Shown here in pieces: positions 62,550 to 64,000 of a stretch of 64,000 bases of DNA. Numbering within the stretch: the stretch's first letter is position 1; every line of letters begins with the position of its first letter. Source of the DNA: Azolla caroliniana (Eukaryota > Plantae > Polypodiophyta); assembly GCA_043228905.1 (NCBI GenBank), contig JBHGNT010000015.1, positions 6,138,001 to 6,202,000 of the forward strand. Direction: 5' to 3'. The notes beneath the pieces were generated by a model that saw only the letters and a list, made by a program, of their open reading frames with translations, was not told where the DNA came from and searched no databases. The position numbers were made by a program, and so were the translations under genes.

Positions 62550-64000
62550 GTTCTATGAGGAATTAGAAAACAGTATCGGACAATGAAGTCATAATTAGTT
62601 GTATAATAAGATGATACATATAAAATCAAGGCCATAGATTACTCAAGATATTTAAGGAGATAGATCTTAACATGGAATATTTATAAGAGAACATAGATCT
62701 TGATTGAAAATAGTACAAAATCCAATGCATATAAGGAATCAAAAGACGTGGATTATGATGCTCCTGAGCATTTGCGGCTTATTCCTAAGCACCTTCCACG
62801 AATCATAAAAAAAGGTTTAAATAATTTATCACATAGATTCAACGAATCATAAAAAAAGATTTGATAATGACATGATAGCGTTGGTTAAAAATAGTGGCTA
62901 TTCATGCCAAATCACCATTGACACCTTTTATCTACCTATCCCACCAGTATGTCTTCTTGATGTACAAGAAATAGGACATGCCAATTGCTGAACGCTTGGC
63001 ATGGTGAGAACATCTTACACGTAGTACAGAAGTCATAAAATAACTATTTCTCACTAACAAATAATTGAAGAGGCAACTCCAAGCTAAACCAACATTTGTA
63101 AAGAAGACCTCTATAGGTTATGTTATCATTGGACGTGCAATCATGCCAAAAACACAAGAAGTGGACCACAATGTTAAACATAAAAGTTGAAAGCAAGACC
63201 ACTCTAAATTGCAGTATGTCATGTTGTCTATAAAGAAGGGAATATACAATGCTTTTTATAGGTTTTGGCAACCAATGACTGTAAGATGAATACAAGGCTT
63301 TTATATTTTAATCGATGTTGTCTTAACACACGAATCCACGATTACAATGGACCACCAAAGATTGTAGAAATACCCTTTGGACCTTCAGAATCGTATTATG
63401 TGGCTCATCCCAATTCTCTAGCTCAAAGAAGTATTTATATGCCTTATATGATGCATTCCACATGAACTATGTTTAGGAAAAATACCTGATTAGTTTGAGC
63501 GCTCACAAACTAGCCTGACCACTGTAGAAGAAGAAGGAGAAGATGATGAAGGAGAGGGAGAAGAACCGCTGCAATCTGTAGAAGAAGGAGAGGGAGATGA
63601 AGGAGAAGCGAAATTAGAATTGAGACTCGTTTGTAGCTACTGTTTGAATAAGAAATAAAAGTAAAAGTAAAAATAGGTATACAAACTAGGTTTTTGAAAA
63701 GCTAGGTTAAATTTGATCACTTTTTCCTAAATTGACATAATTAACCTTCAAAAAATGTGTTGGAGAGAGAAAATTTATAAAAGTATCTCATCAAACCGTT
63801 AAACCATTTAAAACCGTTTAAACCGGAACCGTTAAGCCGATGAGGACTCAAACCGAACCGAACTGAACTTGTGTCCCCCTGAACCGAACCGGTTAAACCG
63901 CGGTTTCTCGGTTCGGTTCGGTTCGAACCAAACCGTTGCCGATTGTTACTTAGTAGGTTGTCTTCTATATTGTTAGACAATAAGGCCTCAAGTGTTCCTA

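Larger units (their letters stand above)
58790..63948 (-). mobile_element. hAT transposon, 5159 bp, with intact transposase and captured gene fragments
   Basis: TIR TAACAATCGGCAACGGTT at both ends, 8-bp TSD CTTAGTAG (58782-58789, 63949-63956), AACCG subterminal arrays. Confidence 0.95.

Noticed and set aside
62600-63540. Further captured gene fragments in the 5' part of the hAT
   Set aside because: Some stretches look exon-like but I could not recognise a protein; left uncalled.

Overview
Eukaryotic nuclear DNA from a land plant; the transposon content suggests a non-seed plant such as a fern or lycophyte (inference). Bases 1-41064 are a nested pile of LTR retrotransposons. It holds three decayed Copia copies of one family (A, B, E), an intact and very young Tnt1/Tork-like Copia (C, 8241-13579) and a decayed relative with a different gag (G). 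It also holds tRNA-Trp-primed elements with a gag-like ORF but no pol seen (D and the one at the left edge), a Tcn1-like chromovirus with a self-priming signature (F) and a hAT transposon (H). Bases 41-46 kb carry three hAT-type MITEs, a tRNA-Leu/LINE chimera and a satellite built from tRNA halves. The only clear host gene is a 5-exon D27-family beta-carotene isomerase (46726-52989, minus strand, 268 aa), with a LINE in intron 2 and a Bianca Copia LTR 84 bp upstream of its ATG. The right end has the least familiar element: a decayed, divergently arranged pair made of a ParB/Srx-like gene (VIGGSH motif) and a DGMDQ-type (Sola-like) transposase. The transposase is split by a 5.2-kb hAT that has an intact 3-exon transposase and captured VTI1 SNARE and MAP-kinase exons. 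All coordinates and translations were read by eye; no searches were run.
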